This document shows, piece after piece, positions 20,866 to 30,199 of a DNA stretch of 43,263 bases. Origin of the DNA: a virus. The position numbers and the translations under genes are program-made. Within the stretch, counting starts at the first letter, position 1, and each line of letters begins with the position of its first letter. The notes beneath the pieces are model-generated. The model ran no database searches. It was given only the letters and a program-made list of their open reading frames with translations, and was not told where the DNA came from. Where the stretch lies: IMG/VR virus record IMGVR_UViG_3300045988_018894, positions 1-43,263 of that record; one strand, given 5' to 3'.

Positions 20866-21267
20866 GTGGCCGAGGTGATTAATCCGCGCAAGCGCAAAAA
20901 AATCGTGGCCGACTATGTGGCGCTGGGATCATACGCGGCAGCGGCGCGGATCAACGGCGTGGCACCCAACAGCGTTAAGCGGATCGTGGCGGCGGAGCCG
21001 GAGATCGCGCGGCTTTGCGCACAAAAAAAAGAACAGGATACGCAGGACGTGTTGGCGTACATGGGGCAGCAGTCCGATCTTGTCTGCGATATCATCGGCA
21101 AGGGGCTTACGGCGCTGGCCGATGAAGATAAGCTGGCAGCGGCCAACCCGGCGCAGATCACCACGGCGATCGGCACGCTGATCGACAAGTGGACGATGGT
21201 CCGCGACCGGCAGACGCAAAGCGGGGTACAGGTGGATCTCGGGGACGCGGAGGATTACAGCGGATGA
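20866..21267 (+). CDS. terS: Terminase small subunit-like HTH protein (133 aa, GTG start)
   Basis: Sits immediately upstream of terL with an ATGA overlap. N-terminal HTH-like segment IVADYVALGSYAAAARINGVAPNSVKRIV. The G8 run 7 nt upstream serves as the SD. Confidence 0.6.
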   Translation: MAEVINPRKRKKIVADYVALGSYAAAARINGVAPNSVKRIVAAEPEIARLCAQKKEQDTQDVLAYMGQQSDLVCDIIGKGLTALADEDKLAAANPAQITTAIGTLIDKWTMVRDRQTQSGVQVDLGDAEDYSG

Positions 21268-22691
21268 TCACGATCCACATCGACAAGCCCAACGCGCGGC
21301 AGGAGCTGTTTTTGCGCGATCGGCACAAGTACATCGCATTCGGCGGGGCGCGCGGCGGCGGCAAAAGCTGGGCGGTGCGCACCAAGGCCAAGCTGCTGTG
21401 CCTGCGGTATCCCGGCATACGATGTTTGATCGTCCGGCGGACGTACCCGGAACTGATTAACAACCACATCCGGCAGCTGCGGCAGGAACTGGCCGGTGTT
21501 GCGCGATATAACGATAAGGACAAGATCCTGATGATGCCGGGCGGCAGTTCCATTTCCTTCGCCTACTGCGCCAAGGACGGGGATCTGGACCGGCTGCAGG
21601 GCGTGGAATATGACGTGATTTTTTTGGACGAGGCGACGCAGCTAAGCGAGTATCAAATGACCACCATCACGGCATGTCTTCGCGGTGTGAACGCCTTTCC
21701 GAAGCGGGTGTACTACACCTGCAACCCCGGCGGGCAAGGCCACCAGTACATCAAGCGGCTATTTGTGGACAGGCACTTCTTGCCGGGGGAAAACTCTGAC
21801 GATTACGCGTTTATCAAGTCGCTGGTGACGGACAACACCGCGCTGATGCGGCGGGACCCGGAGTACATCCAGCAGCTGGAGGCGCTGCCGGAGCGTCTGC
21901 GCCGGGCATGGCTGAACGGGGATTGGGATGTGTTCTGGGGCCAGTTTTTCGAAGAGTTCGCGGACGCGCCGGCACATTATGATGATCGGCGCTATACGCA
22001 CGTCATCGCGCCGTTTGAGATCCCGCCGGACTGGCGGATCTATCGGTCGTTTGACTGGGGCTATGCCAAGCCCTTCTCATGCGGGTGGTGGGCGGTCGAC
22101 TACGACGGATGCCTCTACCGGATTCTGGAGCTGTATGGGTGTACGCGGGAGGCGAACACCGGACTTAAGTGGCCGCCGGACAAGGTGTTCGCGGAGATTC
22201 ACCGGATCGAGACGGAGCACAGGTGGCTGAAGGGCAAGATGATCACGGGCGTTGCCGATCCGGCCATCTGGGACGCGGAGCGCGGGGAGAGCATCCAGGA
22301 GACTGCCGCGCGGCACGGCGTGTACTTTTCGCGCGGGGACAACCGCCGCATACCGGGCTGGATGCAGATGCATTACCGGATGGCATTTGACGAAGCCGGG
22401 CGGGCGCAGATGTACATCTTTTCCAACTGCCGCGCGGCGATCCGCACGATCCCGCTGCTGCAGTACGACGATCACCACGTCGAGGATCTGGACACGACCG
22501 GCGAAGATCACGTCGCCGATGAGATGCGGTATCTGTGCATGGCGAGGCCGATCAAGCCCCGCGTTAAGCATGGGCGGGATCCGTATCTGGATAGCCCGCT
22601 GTACACGGCGCTCGATATCCCGCGCGAGGACATCCTCCCCGCGCCGGATTTGGCGCCGATGACGATCAAGGAGGTAACCGATGGCGATTGA
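21264..22691 (+). CDS. terL: Terminase large subunit (475 aa)
   Basis: Walker A FGGARGGGKSW, Walker B-like VIFLDEAT and a C-terminal nuclease-like region. Confidence 0.9.
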   Translation: MITIHIDKPNARQELFLRDRHKYIAFGGARGGGKSWAVRTKAKLLCLRYPGIRCLIVRRTYPELINNHIRQLRQELAGVARYNDKDKILMMPGGSSISFAYCAKDGDLDRLQGVEYDVIFLDEATQLSEYQMTTITACLRGVNAFPKRVYYTCNPGGQGHQYIKRLFVDRHFLPGENSDDYAFIKSLVTDNTALMRRDPEYIQQLEALPERLRRAWLNGDWDVFWGQFFEEFADAPAHYDDRRYTHVIAPFEIPPDWRIYRSFDWGYAKPFSCGWWAVDYDGCLYRILELYGCTREANTGLKWPPDKVFAEIHRIETEHRWLKGKMITGVADPAIWDAERGESIQETAARHGVYFSRGDNRRIPGWMQMHYRMAFDEAGRAQMYIFSNCRAAIRTIPLLQYDDHHVEDLDTTGEDHVADEMRYLCMARPIKPRVKHGRDPYLDSPLYTALDIPREDILPAPDLAPMTIKEVTDGD

Positions 22692-24579
22692 TAACGGCGG
22701 CGTGGAGCAGATCGGCTCCGAGGCTGCGATCAAGGCGGCTGATGTCGTGGAGACGGTGGTGGGTGCGGAGCAGATTTGCGAGGCCGTGGACACGCTGAAC
22801 CGCTACAAGCAGGGCAAAGCCAACCTCGAGCGGCGCGTGATTGACGACGAGGAGTGGTATCGCCTCCGGCACTGGGAGTGTATGCGGGGGCGCAAGCAGG
22901 ACGTGGAGCCGGTCTCGGCGTGGCTGCTTAATGCGATCGCCAACAAGCACGCGGACGCGATGGACAACTACCCCGCGCCGAACATCCTCCCGCGGGAGCA
23001 GGGGGACGTGGAGGAGGCCGAGCGGCTGAGCGATATTGTCCCGGTGGTGCTGGCGCAGGAGGGCTTTGAGCAGGTTTATTCCGACGAGGCGTGGGACAAG
23101 CTGATCGGCGGCACGGGCATATACGGTGTGTTCTGGGACGCGCACAAGCTGGGCGGGCTGGGGGACATCGCCATCGAGACGGTGGATGTCCTCAACCTGT
23201 TCTGGGAGCCGGGCGTGACGGACATCCAGGACTCCCCCAACGTGTATCACCTTAGCCTGATGGATAACGACGCGCTTGTCAGGATGTACCCGCAGTTGGA
23301 CGGGCATCTGGGCGGCAGCAATATCGACGTCAGCAAGTACTGCTACGATGATGCCGTCGACACCAGCGACAAAAGCGTGGTGGTGGACTGGTATTACAAA
23401 CGCTCCGTCGACGGGCAGATGATCCTGCACTACTGCAAGTTCGTGGGGGACACGGTCCTCTATGCAACGGAAAATGAGCGGGAGCCGGATGCGACAGGGC
23501 GTAGCATGGCAGATCGCGGCTGGTACGATCACGGGAAGTACCCATTTGTGCTTGACCCGCTGTACCGATGCAAGGGGACGCCGTGCGGCTTTGGCTATGT
23601 GGACGTAGGCAAGGGGGCGCAGGAGTACATCGATCGCGGGGAGCAGGCGATCATGCGCAATATGTTATCCAACGCGGCCCCTCGGTTTTTCGTCCGCGCA
23701 GACGGCGCGGTGAACGAAGAGGAATACGCCGACTGGACGAAGCCGTTTGTTCACACGGACGGCAATCTGGGGACGGACTCCATCGCCCCGGTGACCGGAT
23801 ACGGCCTAAGCGCCATTTACCTGTCAGTACTGGAGCACAAGGTCGACGAGCTGAAGGAAACCACCGGCAACCGCGACGTATCTACGGGCGGCACGGCCTC
23901 CGGCGTTACGGCTGCGTCGGCGATTGCGGCGATGCAGGAGGCGGGGAGCAAGCTATCGCGCGACAGCAACAAGGCGGCATACCGCGCATTCCGCGAGGTG
24001 GTTCTACTTGTCGTCGAGCTGATTCGGCAGTTTTACGATTTGCCGCGGCAGTTCCGTATTATCGGGCAGAATGGCGTACAGCGTTTTATCAGCTATACTA
24101 ATGCCGGACTGCAGCCGCAAGTACAGGGCATGGATTTCGGGATCGACATGGGGACGCGCGTGCCGCTGTTTGACATCGACATCTCGGCGGAAAAGGCCAG
24201 CCCCTACAGCCGGATGAGCCAAAACGAACTGGCACTGCAGTTTTTTGGCGCTGGATTTTTCAATCCGCAGCTCTCGGATCAGGCGCTCGCGTGCCTGGAG
24301 ATGATGGATTTTGATCGCAAAGACGAGATCATGCAGCGGATCGCCGCAAACGGCACACTGTACCAGCAGCTTATGGCGGCGCAGCAGCAGGCCGTGGCGA
24401 TGGCGCAGCTTGCGGATACGCTCGGCGGGACAAATTACTCGCAGCAGATGCTGGCGGGGATGCAGGGCGGCGCACAGGCGGCACCGGGCAAGGTGGATCA
24501 GGCCGCCGCAGACGGCGGCGAGAGCAGCACGACGCGAAATGCGCGGCAGGAAGCGGCTGACAGAGCCGCACCGCGATGA
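22681..24579 (+). CDS. Portal protein (632 aa)
   Basis: Its position after terL, its size, RBS AAGGAGG and a typical portal N-terminal pattern (NRYKQGKANLERRVIDDEEWY). Confidence 0.85.
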   Translation: MAIDNGGVEQIGSEAAIKAADVVETVVGAEQICEAVDTLNRYKQGKANLERRVIDDEEWYRLRHWECMRGRKQDVEPVSAWLLNAIANKHADAMDNYPAPNILPREQGDVEEAERLSDIVPVVLAQEGFEQVYSDEAWDKLIGGTGIYGVFWDAHKLGGLGDIAIETVDVLNLFWEPGVTDIQDSPNVYHLSLMDNDALVRMYPQLDGHLGGSNIDVSKYCYDDAVDTSDKSVVVDWYYKRSVDGQMILHYCKFVGDTVLYATENEREPDATGRSMADRGWYDHGKYPFVLDPLYRCKGTPCGFGYVDVGKGAQEYIDRGEQAIMRNMLSNAAPRFFVRADGAVNEEEYADWTKPFVHTDGNLGTDSIAPVTGYGLSAIYLSVLEHKVDELKETTGNRDVSTGGTASGVTAASAIAAMQEAGSKLSRDSNKAAYRAFREVVLLVVELIRQFYDLPRQFRIIGQNGVQRFISYTNAGLQPQVQGMDFGIDMGTRVPLFDIDISAEKASPYSRMSQNELALQFFGAGFFNPQLSDQALACLEMMDFDRKDEIMQRIAANGTLYQQLMAAQQQAVAMAQLADTLGGTNYSQQMLAGMQGGAQAAPGKVDQAAADGGESSTTRNARQEAADRAAPR

Positions 24580-24917
24580 TTACGGCGCGGCTGGGAGACC
24601 GCGCGGGACTGCTGACGCTGGAGATGGACGGCCATGCCGGCAGCGCTCCGGCGGGGCATGATCTGGTATGCGCGGCGGCAAGCATCCTGTGCTATACGCT
24701 GGCGGCACAGGCGGGCAAGCTAAGCGCAGACGGCAAGCTTCGGGCAAAGCCGCGCGTGGACTTGGCCGACGGGCACGCGTCGATTGCGATCAGGCCGCGC
24801 GGGGCAGCGGAACGCGAGGCGCGGGCAATCTGGGGCACAGTTGAGGCAGGGCTATTGCTCCTGCAAAGGGAGCACCCGGACTGCATCAGAGTTGATAGCG
24901 GGGAGTATCCCCGATAA
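24576..24917 (+). CDS. prp: Prp-family (YsxB/DUF464) cysteine protease (113 aa)
   Basis: GHAG...GHDLVCAAAS catalytic His/Cys context, about 110 aa in size, located between portal and scaffold. Confidence 0.8.
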   Translation: MITARLGDRAGLLTLEMDGHAGSAPAGHDLVCAAASILCYTLAAQAGKLSADGKLRAKPRVDLADGHASIAIRPRGAAEREARAIWGTVEAGLLLLQREHPDCIRVDSGEYPR

Positions 24918-24920
24918 CAA

Positions 24921-24971
24921 GGGATCGCCCACCTCACGGGCAGATTACGGGATCGCCCACCATACGGGCAG
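24921..24971 (+). repeat. Two 23-bp direct repeats GGGATCGCCCACC(TC/AT)ACGGGCAG, 28-bp period, just upstream of the scaffold gene
   Basis: 24921-24943 and 24949-24971 match 21/23. The second copy runs into the SD GCAGGAG. Confidence 0.85.
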
Positions 24972-24980
24972 GAGTACGCT

Positions 24981-25871
24981 ATGGACATTATGGCAAGGCC
25001 GCTTACCCTCCAGCTTTTTGCAGAGGGCGGCACGGCGGCAGCTCCCGCAGAGGGGGGCACGGGCGCGGCGGCAGAGACGGGCGATCTGAGCAAGGTGGCC
25101 TACGGACTGCAGGCCGATCAGCAGACAGATCCTGCCGCCGAGGATCATGCCGAGGACAAACCGAGGGATCTTGGCAAGGAGTTTGACGCGCTTATCAAGG
25201 GCGAGTACCGGGACGTGTACAACAAGCGGATGCAGGATACGATTCAGCGGCGCACAAAGGGTACGCGGGAGACGGCGGACAAATACAGGGCGGCACAGCC
25301 GCTGCTGCAGATGCTGTCGGACCGGTATCACGTCGATGTTGCGGACGTGGAGGGGCTGACAAAGGCGGTAGCCGAGGATGACGCCTTTTACGAGCAGGAA
25401 GCTGAGCGGCTCGGCATCGGCGTTGAGCAGGTCAAGACGATGCGCAAGGCCGAGCGGGAAAATGCCCAGCTGCGCGAACAGCTTGCGGAGCAGGAGAACC
25501 GCCGAAAGATGGATGAAAACATCTCCAAGTGGATGCGGGAAGCCGATGAGATCGCGGCAAAGTACCCGCAGCTGGATCTCCAGCAGGAGCTGCAGAATCC
25601 GCAGTTTTTTAACGCGCTGATGAACGGGGCAAGCGTCGAGGGCGCTTACTGGGGGCTGTACCATGATCAGCTTATCCCACAGGCCATGCAGTTTACGGCG
25701 CAGGAGACCGAGCGCAAAATCGCCAACAAGATCCAGTCACAGGGCAAGCGTCCGACAGAGAGCGGCGCGAAGCCCCCGATCACCGTCAAGAGCGACGTGT
25801 CGCAGCTCTCCGACGCTGATATGGACGAGATTATCAGACGAGCAAGGAGGGGCGAAAAGATCAGGTTTTAA
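24981..25871 (+). CDS. Scaffolding protein (296 aa) with an N-terminal Prp-type propeptide
   Basis: MDIMARPLTLQLFAEGG at the N-terminus. The protein is helical and charged, and sits before the capsid gene. Confidence 0.8.
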   Translation: MDIMARPLTLQLFAEGGTAAAPAEGGTGAAAETGDLSKVAYGLQADQQTDPAAEDHAEDKPRDLGKEFDALIKGEYRDVYNKRMQDTIQRRTKGTRETADKYRAAQPLLQMLSDRYHVDVADVEGLTKAVAEDDAFYEQEAERLGIGVEQVKTMRKAERENAQLREQLAEQENRRKMDENISKWMREADEIAAKYPQLDLQQELQNPQFFNALMNGASVEGAYWGLYHDQLIPQAMQFTAQETERKIANKIQSQGKRPTESGAKPPITVKSDVSQLSDADMDEIIRRARRGEKIRF

Positions 25872-25891
25872 CCCCTCCGGAAGGGAGAAAT

Positions 25892-26938
25892 ATGACTGAC
25901 CTGAGATACATCAATCTGCAGCTGTTTGCAGATGTGACCAATGCGACGACCTCGGCGGCAACCGGCAACAACCTGTCCGCCGAGATGAAGACCTTTTACG
26001 ACAAGGTGCTGCTGCGCGAAGCTGGCCCGCACCTTGTCCACGATCAGTTTGGACAGAAGCGCGATATTCCGCGCGGCAACGGCAAAACGATCGAGTTCCG
26101 CAAGTTTAACCAGCTGCCCAAGGCGCTGACCGCGCTGACCGAGGGCGTGACCCCCAGCGGCGGCGCACTGGACGTGACGAGCCTGACGGCGACCGTTAAC
26201 CAGTACGGCTATTTTGTCCGCATTACCGACGTGCTTGATCTTACCGCCATCGACAATGTGGCTGTCGAGGCCGCGCAGCTGCTTGGCGATCAGGCGGGCA
26301 TTACGATGGATACCATCGTGCGCAACGTCCTGCAGGGCGGCACCAACGTGCTGTTTTGCCCCAAGGTTGCCTCCGGCGTGGAGACGGCTGTTACCACCCG
26401 CGCCGGGCTGGACAACACGTCCCAGCTGACCGTCAAGGCCATTCAGCGCGCCGTGGCGACGCTGAAGAGCAAAAACGTGCCGACCATCAACGGCAAGTAC
26501 GTCGGTATCATCCACCCGTACGTCGCGTACGATCTGATGCGCGACCCGGAGTGGGTCGACGCGCACAAGTATGCCAATCCTACCAACCTGTACACGGGAG
26601 AGCTGGGCGAGATTGCGGGCGTGCGGTTTGTCGAGTCGACCGAGGCGAAGGTCTGGAAGGATTCCTCCTGCCCCAAGATCGGCAGTACCGACAACCACTA
26701 CGGCGTGTTTGGCACGCTGATCCTTGGCAAAAACGCCTATGGCGTCACCGAGGTCACCGGCGGCGGCCTGCAGACCATCGTCAAGGGCAAGGGCAGCGCC
26801 GGTACGGCTGACCCGCTGGATCAGCGCTCTACCGTCGGCTGGAAGGGTATCCGCACGGCCAAAATCCTGCTCGAGCAGAATATTGTGCGCGTGGAGAGCG
26901 TGTCCGATGCGTGGAGCGCGTCGGTCGAGGCAAACTGA
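25892..26938 (+). CDS. Major capsid protein (348 aa), HK97-fold type, with an N-terminal Prp-type propeptide
   Basis: MTDLRYINLQLFADVTN at the N-terminus. TEGVTPSG and other blocks typical of this capsid family. RBS GGAAGGGAG. Confidence 0.9.
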   Translation: MTDLRYINLQLFADVTNATTSAATGNNLSAEMKTFYDKVLLREAGPHLVHDQFGQKRDIPRGNGKTIEFRKFNQLPKALTALTEGVTPSGGALDVTSLTATVNQYGYFVRITDVLDLTAIDNVAVEAAQLLGDQAGITMDTIVRNVLQGGTNVLFCPKVASGVETAVTTRAGLDNTSQLTVKAIQRAVATLKSKNVPTINGKYVGIIHPYVAYDLMRDPEWVDAHKYANPTNLYTGELGEIAGVRFVESTEAKVWKDSSCPKIGSTDNHYGVFGTLILGKNAYGVTEVTGGGLQTIVKGKGSAGTADPLDQRSTVGWKGIRTAKILLEQNIVRVESVSDAWSASVEAN

Positions 26939-26944
26939 GTAACG

Positions 26945-26969
26945 GCGGGGGAGGCAACCCCTCCCCCGC
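26945..26969 (+). terminator. 10-bp GC stem-loop after the capsid gene (no U-tract); possible attenuator
   Basis: GCGGGGGAGG-CAACC-CCTCCCCCGC. Confidence 0.35.
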
Positions 26970-26986
26970 AGAACAGGAGACGAAAA

Positions 26987-27238
26987 ATGGCTGAAACTAC
27001 CAAAAAGCCCAAAACGGGCGAGAAGATGGTGCGCGTGACGCTCCCGATCATCAACGAGCATGATATGGAGCAGTATGTCGGCATCAACGGCAGATCGTGG
27101 CTGATTCGGCGCGGCGAGGAAGTCGAAGTGCCGGAGTGCGTGGCAGAGGTGCTGAAACTGAGCGAAAACCAGAAGCGAGAGGCATACCGCTATCAGCAGC
27201 AGGCCGCGAAAGCCGCTGAGACGGGCGGCGAGATGTAA
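26987..27238 (+). CDS. Small head-associated protein (83 aa)
   Basis: RBS CAGGAGACG. Its position follows the capsid gene. Confidence 0.6.
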   Translation: MAETTKKPKTGEKMVRVTLPIINEHDMEQYVGINGRSWLIRRGEEVEVPECVAEVLKLSENQKREAYRYQQQAAKAAETGGEM

Positions 27239-27266
27239 TGGGGGTCTGCGCGACCCCCATTTTTTG
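27238..27266 (+). terminator. Strong rho-independent terminator inside the late operon
   Basis: ATGGGGGTC-TGCGC-GACCCCCAT followed by TTTTTG. Confidence 0.75.
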
Positions 27267-27283
27267 TGAAGGAGGGACGCGCG

Positions 27284-27655
27284 ATGACAATTGAGCGAGT
27301 GCTGAGTACGGTCGATGCGTGCAAGCCGAACGTGATCGATGATGCGCAGAAGCTGGCGTGGCTGCAGGAGCTGGAGGGTATCATCACGCATGAAATCATC
27401 CGCACGCACGTCGGCGGCGAGAATGCGGAGATCCCGACGATCAACGGCGGCACGGATCAGCGCACAGAGCTGCTCGCGGACGCTCCGTATGACCGGCTCT
27501 ATCCCCTGTACGTCGAGGCACAGATCGACCTCGTCAACGGGGAGATCGGCAAGTACAACAACTCCATCGCGCTCTTTACGGCGGCGTACAACGAGTACAG
27601 CCGCTGGTACAACCGGACGCACACGCCGGTAAGCGCGTCCGTGCGGTTTTGGTAA
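27284..27655 (+). CDS. Putative head-tail connector/adaptor protein (123 aa)
   Basis: RBS GAAGGAGGG. Its position lies between the head and tail genes. The function is positional inference. Confidence 0.5.
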   Translation: MTIERVLSTVDACKPNVIDDAQKLAWLQELEGIITHEIIRTHVGGENAEIPTINGGTDQRTELLADAPYDRLYPLYVEAQIDLVNGEIGKYNNSIALFTAAYNEYSRWYNRTHTPVSASVRFW

Positions 27656-27664
27656 GGAGGGCGT

Positions 27665-29422
27665 ATGTATAATCCGACGCTCACCGAGACGAGCCAGAGC
27701 CGCGAGATGCTGTCCGTGTTTGGAGGGTACAACCACAACCGCAGGATCAGCGACGGCGAGTTTTACGACATGACAAACCTCACGTCGAGCGGGTATCCGC
27801 TCCTGATGAGCAGACCCGCACGCGGCAAGGTGCAGCAGCTGACCGCTCCGGGCGGGATGCTGGCAAAGGACGCGATGGCCGTGGTCGACGGGGGCAAGCT
27901 GTACTACAACGGCAAGGAGATCACCGGGCTGACGCTGAGCGACGGCGACAAGCAGATGGTCAGCATGGGGGCATACCTTGTGATCTGGCCGGACAAGGTG
28001 TATCTCAACACCAAGGACGTGACGGACTGCGGGAGCCTTGAGGCGTCGTGGGAGAGCACCGGCAACGTGGTGTACTCGCTGAGCACAATGGACGGCAAAG
28101 CGATGGGAGATATCCCGCTTACGCAGCCGGAGAATCCGACAGGCGGCGAGTATTGGATCGATACGACGCAGACCCCACACCAGCTGATGACGTACTCCGC
28201 GTCGCAGAGCATGTGGATGGGTATCGCGACGGTCTACACCAAGATCTCGGCAGACGGGATCGGCAAGGCCTTTGCCGAAGGCGACGGGCTGGAGATCAGC
28301 GGCATCGCCTACGGGGGAGACAGCGAGGCCGTCAAGGCGCAGTATGAGGATCTCAACGGCACAAAGGTCGTGCAGAGCAAGGGCGATGACTGGATCGTGG
28401 TCATCGGGCTGATCGACCTGACCTACACGCAGGAGAGCGGCACGGTTAAGGCGGCACGCAGTGTGCCGGACATGGACTATGTCTGCGAGGCGCAAAACCG
28501 CATCTGGGGATGCAAGTACGGCATGGTGGACGGCAAGACCGTCAACGAACTGTACTGCTGCAAGCTCGGCGATTTTAAGAACTGGCGAGTCTATGCCGGC
28601 GTGTCGACGGACGCTTGGGCGGCATCTGTTGGGTCGGACGGCGCGTGGACGGGCGCGATCAACTACCAAGGATATCCTACGTTTTTTAAAGAGGACGTGA
28701 TCCACCGGATTTCCGTCGCATCCTCCGGTGGGCATCAGGTCGTTGAGACGGCGGCGCGAGGCGTGCAAAACGGCAGCTGGCGCAGCCTGTGCGTAGTCAA
28801 CGAGATGCTTCTTTACAAGTCCCGCACGGATGTATGCGCGTACGACGGGAGTTTCCCCACGTCGATTGGGGCGGCGTTTGGCGATGTGCTATACAGCAAG
28901 GCGACTGCGGGGTGCGTGGGCGGCAAGTATTACATCAGCATGTACGATGGCTCGGCATGGCATCTCTTTGTGTACGACGCAACCCGGGCAATGTGGCATC
29001 GGGAGGACAATACACACGCGCTTGTATTCGCACGGATGGACGATGACCTGTTTTACATCGATGCGGACACCAAGTGGATGATGTGCGTCAACGGCACGCA
29101 GGGCACGCCGGAGGACGTTCCCGAGTGGTCTGCGGAGACGGGCGTGATCGGGTACGACTACCCCGACAAAAAATACCTGAGCCGCTATAACATCCGACTC
29201 CAAATTGAGCAGGGCGGGGAGCTGCGGCTATACTGCATGTACGACTCCGACGGCATTTGGCGCGAGGCGGGGACAGTGCGGCGAAAGGGCCATGGGACGT
29301 TCACGGTTCCCGTGATCCCCCGGCGGTGCGACCATATGCGGCTCAAGCTCTCCGGCAAGGGCGTCGTGAGGGTGTTTTCCATCGCGAAAATTCTTGAGCT
29401 GGGGAGTGATCTCGGATGGTAG
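27665..29422 (+). CDS. Virion structural (tail) protein, 585 aa
   Basis: RBS TAAGGAGGG. A large beta-rich protein in the tail module. No specific family recognised. Confidence 0.7.
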   Translation: MYNPTLTETSQSREMLSVFGGYNHNRRISDGEFYDMTNLTSSGYPLLMSRPARGKVQQLTAPGGMLAKDAMAVVDGGKLYYNGKEITGLTLSDGDKQMVSMGAYLVIWPDKVYLNTKDVTDCGSLEASWESTGNVVYSLSTMDGKAMGDIPLTQPENPTGGEYWIDTTQTPHQLMTYSASQSMWMGIATVYTKISADGIGKAFAEGDGLEISGIAYGGDSEAVKAQYEDLNGTKVVQSKGDDWIVVIGLIDLTYTQESGTVKAARSVPDMDYVCEAQNRIWGCKYGMVDGKTVNELYCCKLGDFKNWRVYAGVSTDAWAASVGSDGAWTGAINYQGYPTFFKEDVIHRISVASSGGHQVVETAARGVQNGSWRSLCVVNEMLLYKSRTDVCAYDGSFPTSIGAAFGDVLYSKATAGCVGGKYYISMYDGSAWHLFVYDATRAMWHREDNTHALVFARMDDDLFYIDADTKWMMCVNGTQGTPEDVPEWSAETGVIGYDYPDKKYLSRYNIRLQIEQGGELRLYCMYDSDGIWREAGTVRRKGHGTFTVPVIPRRCDHMRLKLSGKGVVRVFSIAKILELGSDLGW

Positions 29423-30198
29423 TTATCCCGACCCCGCCGACGATTCAAGGCGGGCAGACCGAGCAGCTGCTCAGCGTGCGGCGATATCTTTATGCGCTGT
29501 CTAGGCAGCTTAACGAGTCTCTCAACGCGATCGAGGCAGACAGTCTGACGGATGCGGCAAAGACCGCTTTGGGATCCGGAGCGCAAAAGGCGGCACAGGA
29601 TCAGACACGGCAGGAGATCGGAGCGAGTGCCAACGCCCTCAAAAGCCTGATCATCAAGACGGCAGATACCGTGCGCAGCGAGGTGCAGCGCGTCGAGGCC
29701 GAGCTGCAGAGCAGCTACCTCGCCAAAAGCGAGTTTGGCCAGTACAAGGAGCAAGTCGACGCAAAGTTTACGGCAACAGCAGAGGACGTGACGCAGAGCA
29801 TTCAGTACGTTAGCGAGTTAGAGGGACGGATCGACGGACAGGCCGGAGACATTGAGGGCTTGCTGGCATACAGGACGGAGACCACCGGATACATCCGGCA
29901 GGGCATCGTCGGCTATGAGGATACCGTCCCGGTCATCGGCATCGCCATTGGGCAAAACATCCAGACAACCGGCACGCAGAGCGTGGACGGCAAAACGTAC
30001 GACGTGATCGACACCAGCCACAATATGTCGGTCTGGACGAGCAAAAAGCTGTCGTTTTACGTCGAGGGTACGGAGATCGCGTATTTCTCCAACGGCGCAC
30101 TGCACGTCACGCACGTTGAACTGGAGCGGATCACCGGCGCAGGCAAGTGGGATGTAAATTTTACAAGCGGGATTACGTTCCGCTGGATCGGAGGTTAA
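29416..30198 (+). CDS. Tail-associated coiled-coil protein (260 aa)
   Basis: N-terminal helical heptad-like region followed by a beta-rich C-terminus. Confidence 0.65.
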   Translation: MVVIPTPPTIQGGQTEQLLSVRRYLYALSRQLNESLNAIEADSLTDAAKTALGSGAQKAAQDQTRQEIGASANALKSLIIKTADTVRSEVQRVEAELQSSYLAKSEFGQYKEQVDAKFTATAEDVTQSIQYVSELEGRIDGQAGDIEGLLAYRTETTGYIRQGIVGYEDTVPVIGIAIGQNIQTTGTQSVDGKTYDVIDTSHNMSVWTSKKLSFYVEGTEIAYFSNGALHVTHVELERITGAGKWDVNFTSGITFRWIGG

Positions 30199-30199
30199 C

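Noticed and set aside
25868-28768. 966-aa minus-strand ORF, the longest entry in the ORF track.
   Set aside because: It is antisense to the capsid, head-tail and tail genes, which have strong RBSs and recognisable motifs. Its translation is R/A/L/H/P-rich low-complexity sequence, typical of shadow ORFs in GC-rich DNA, and it has no RBS.
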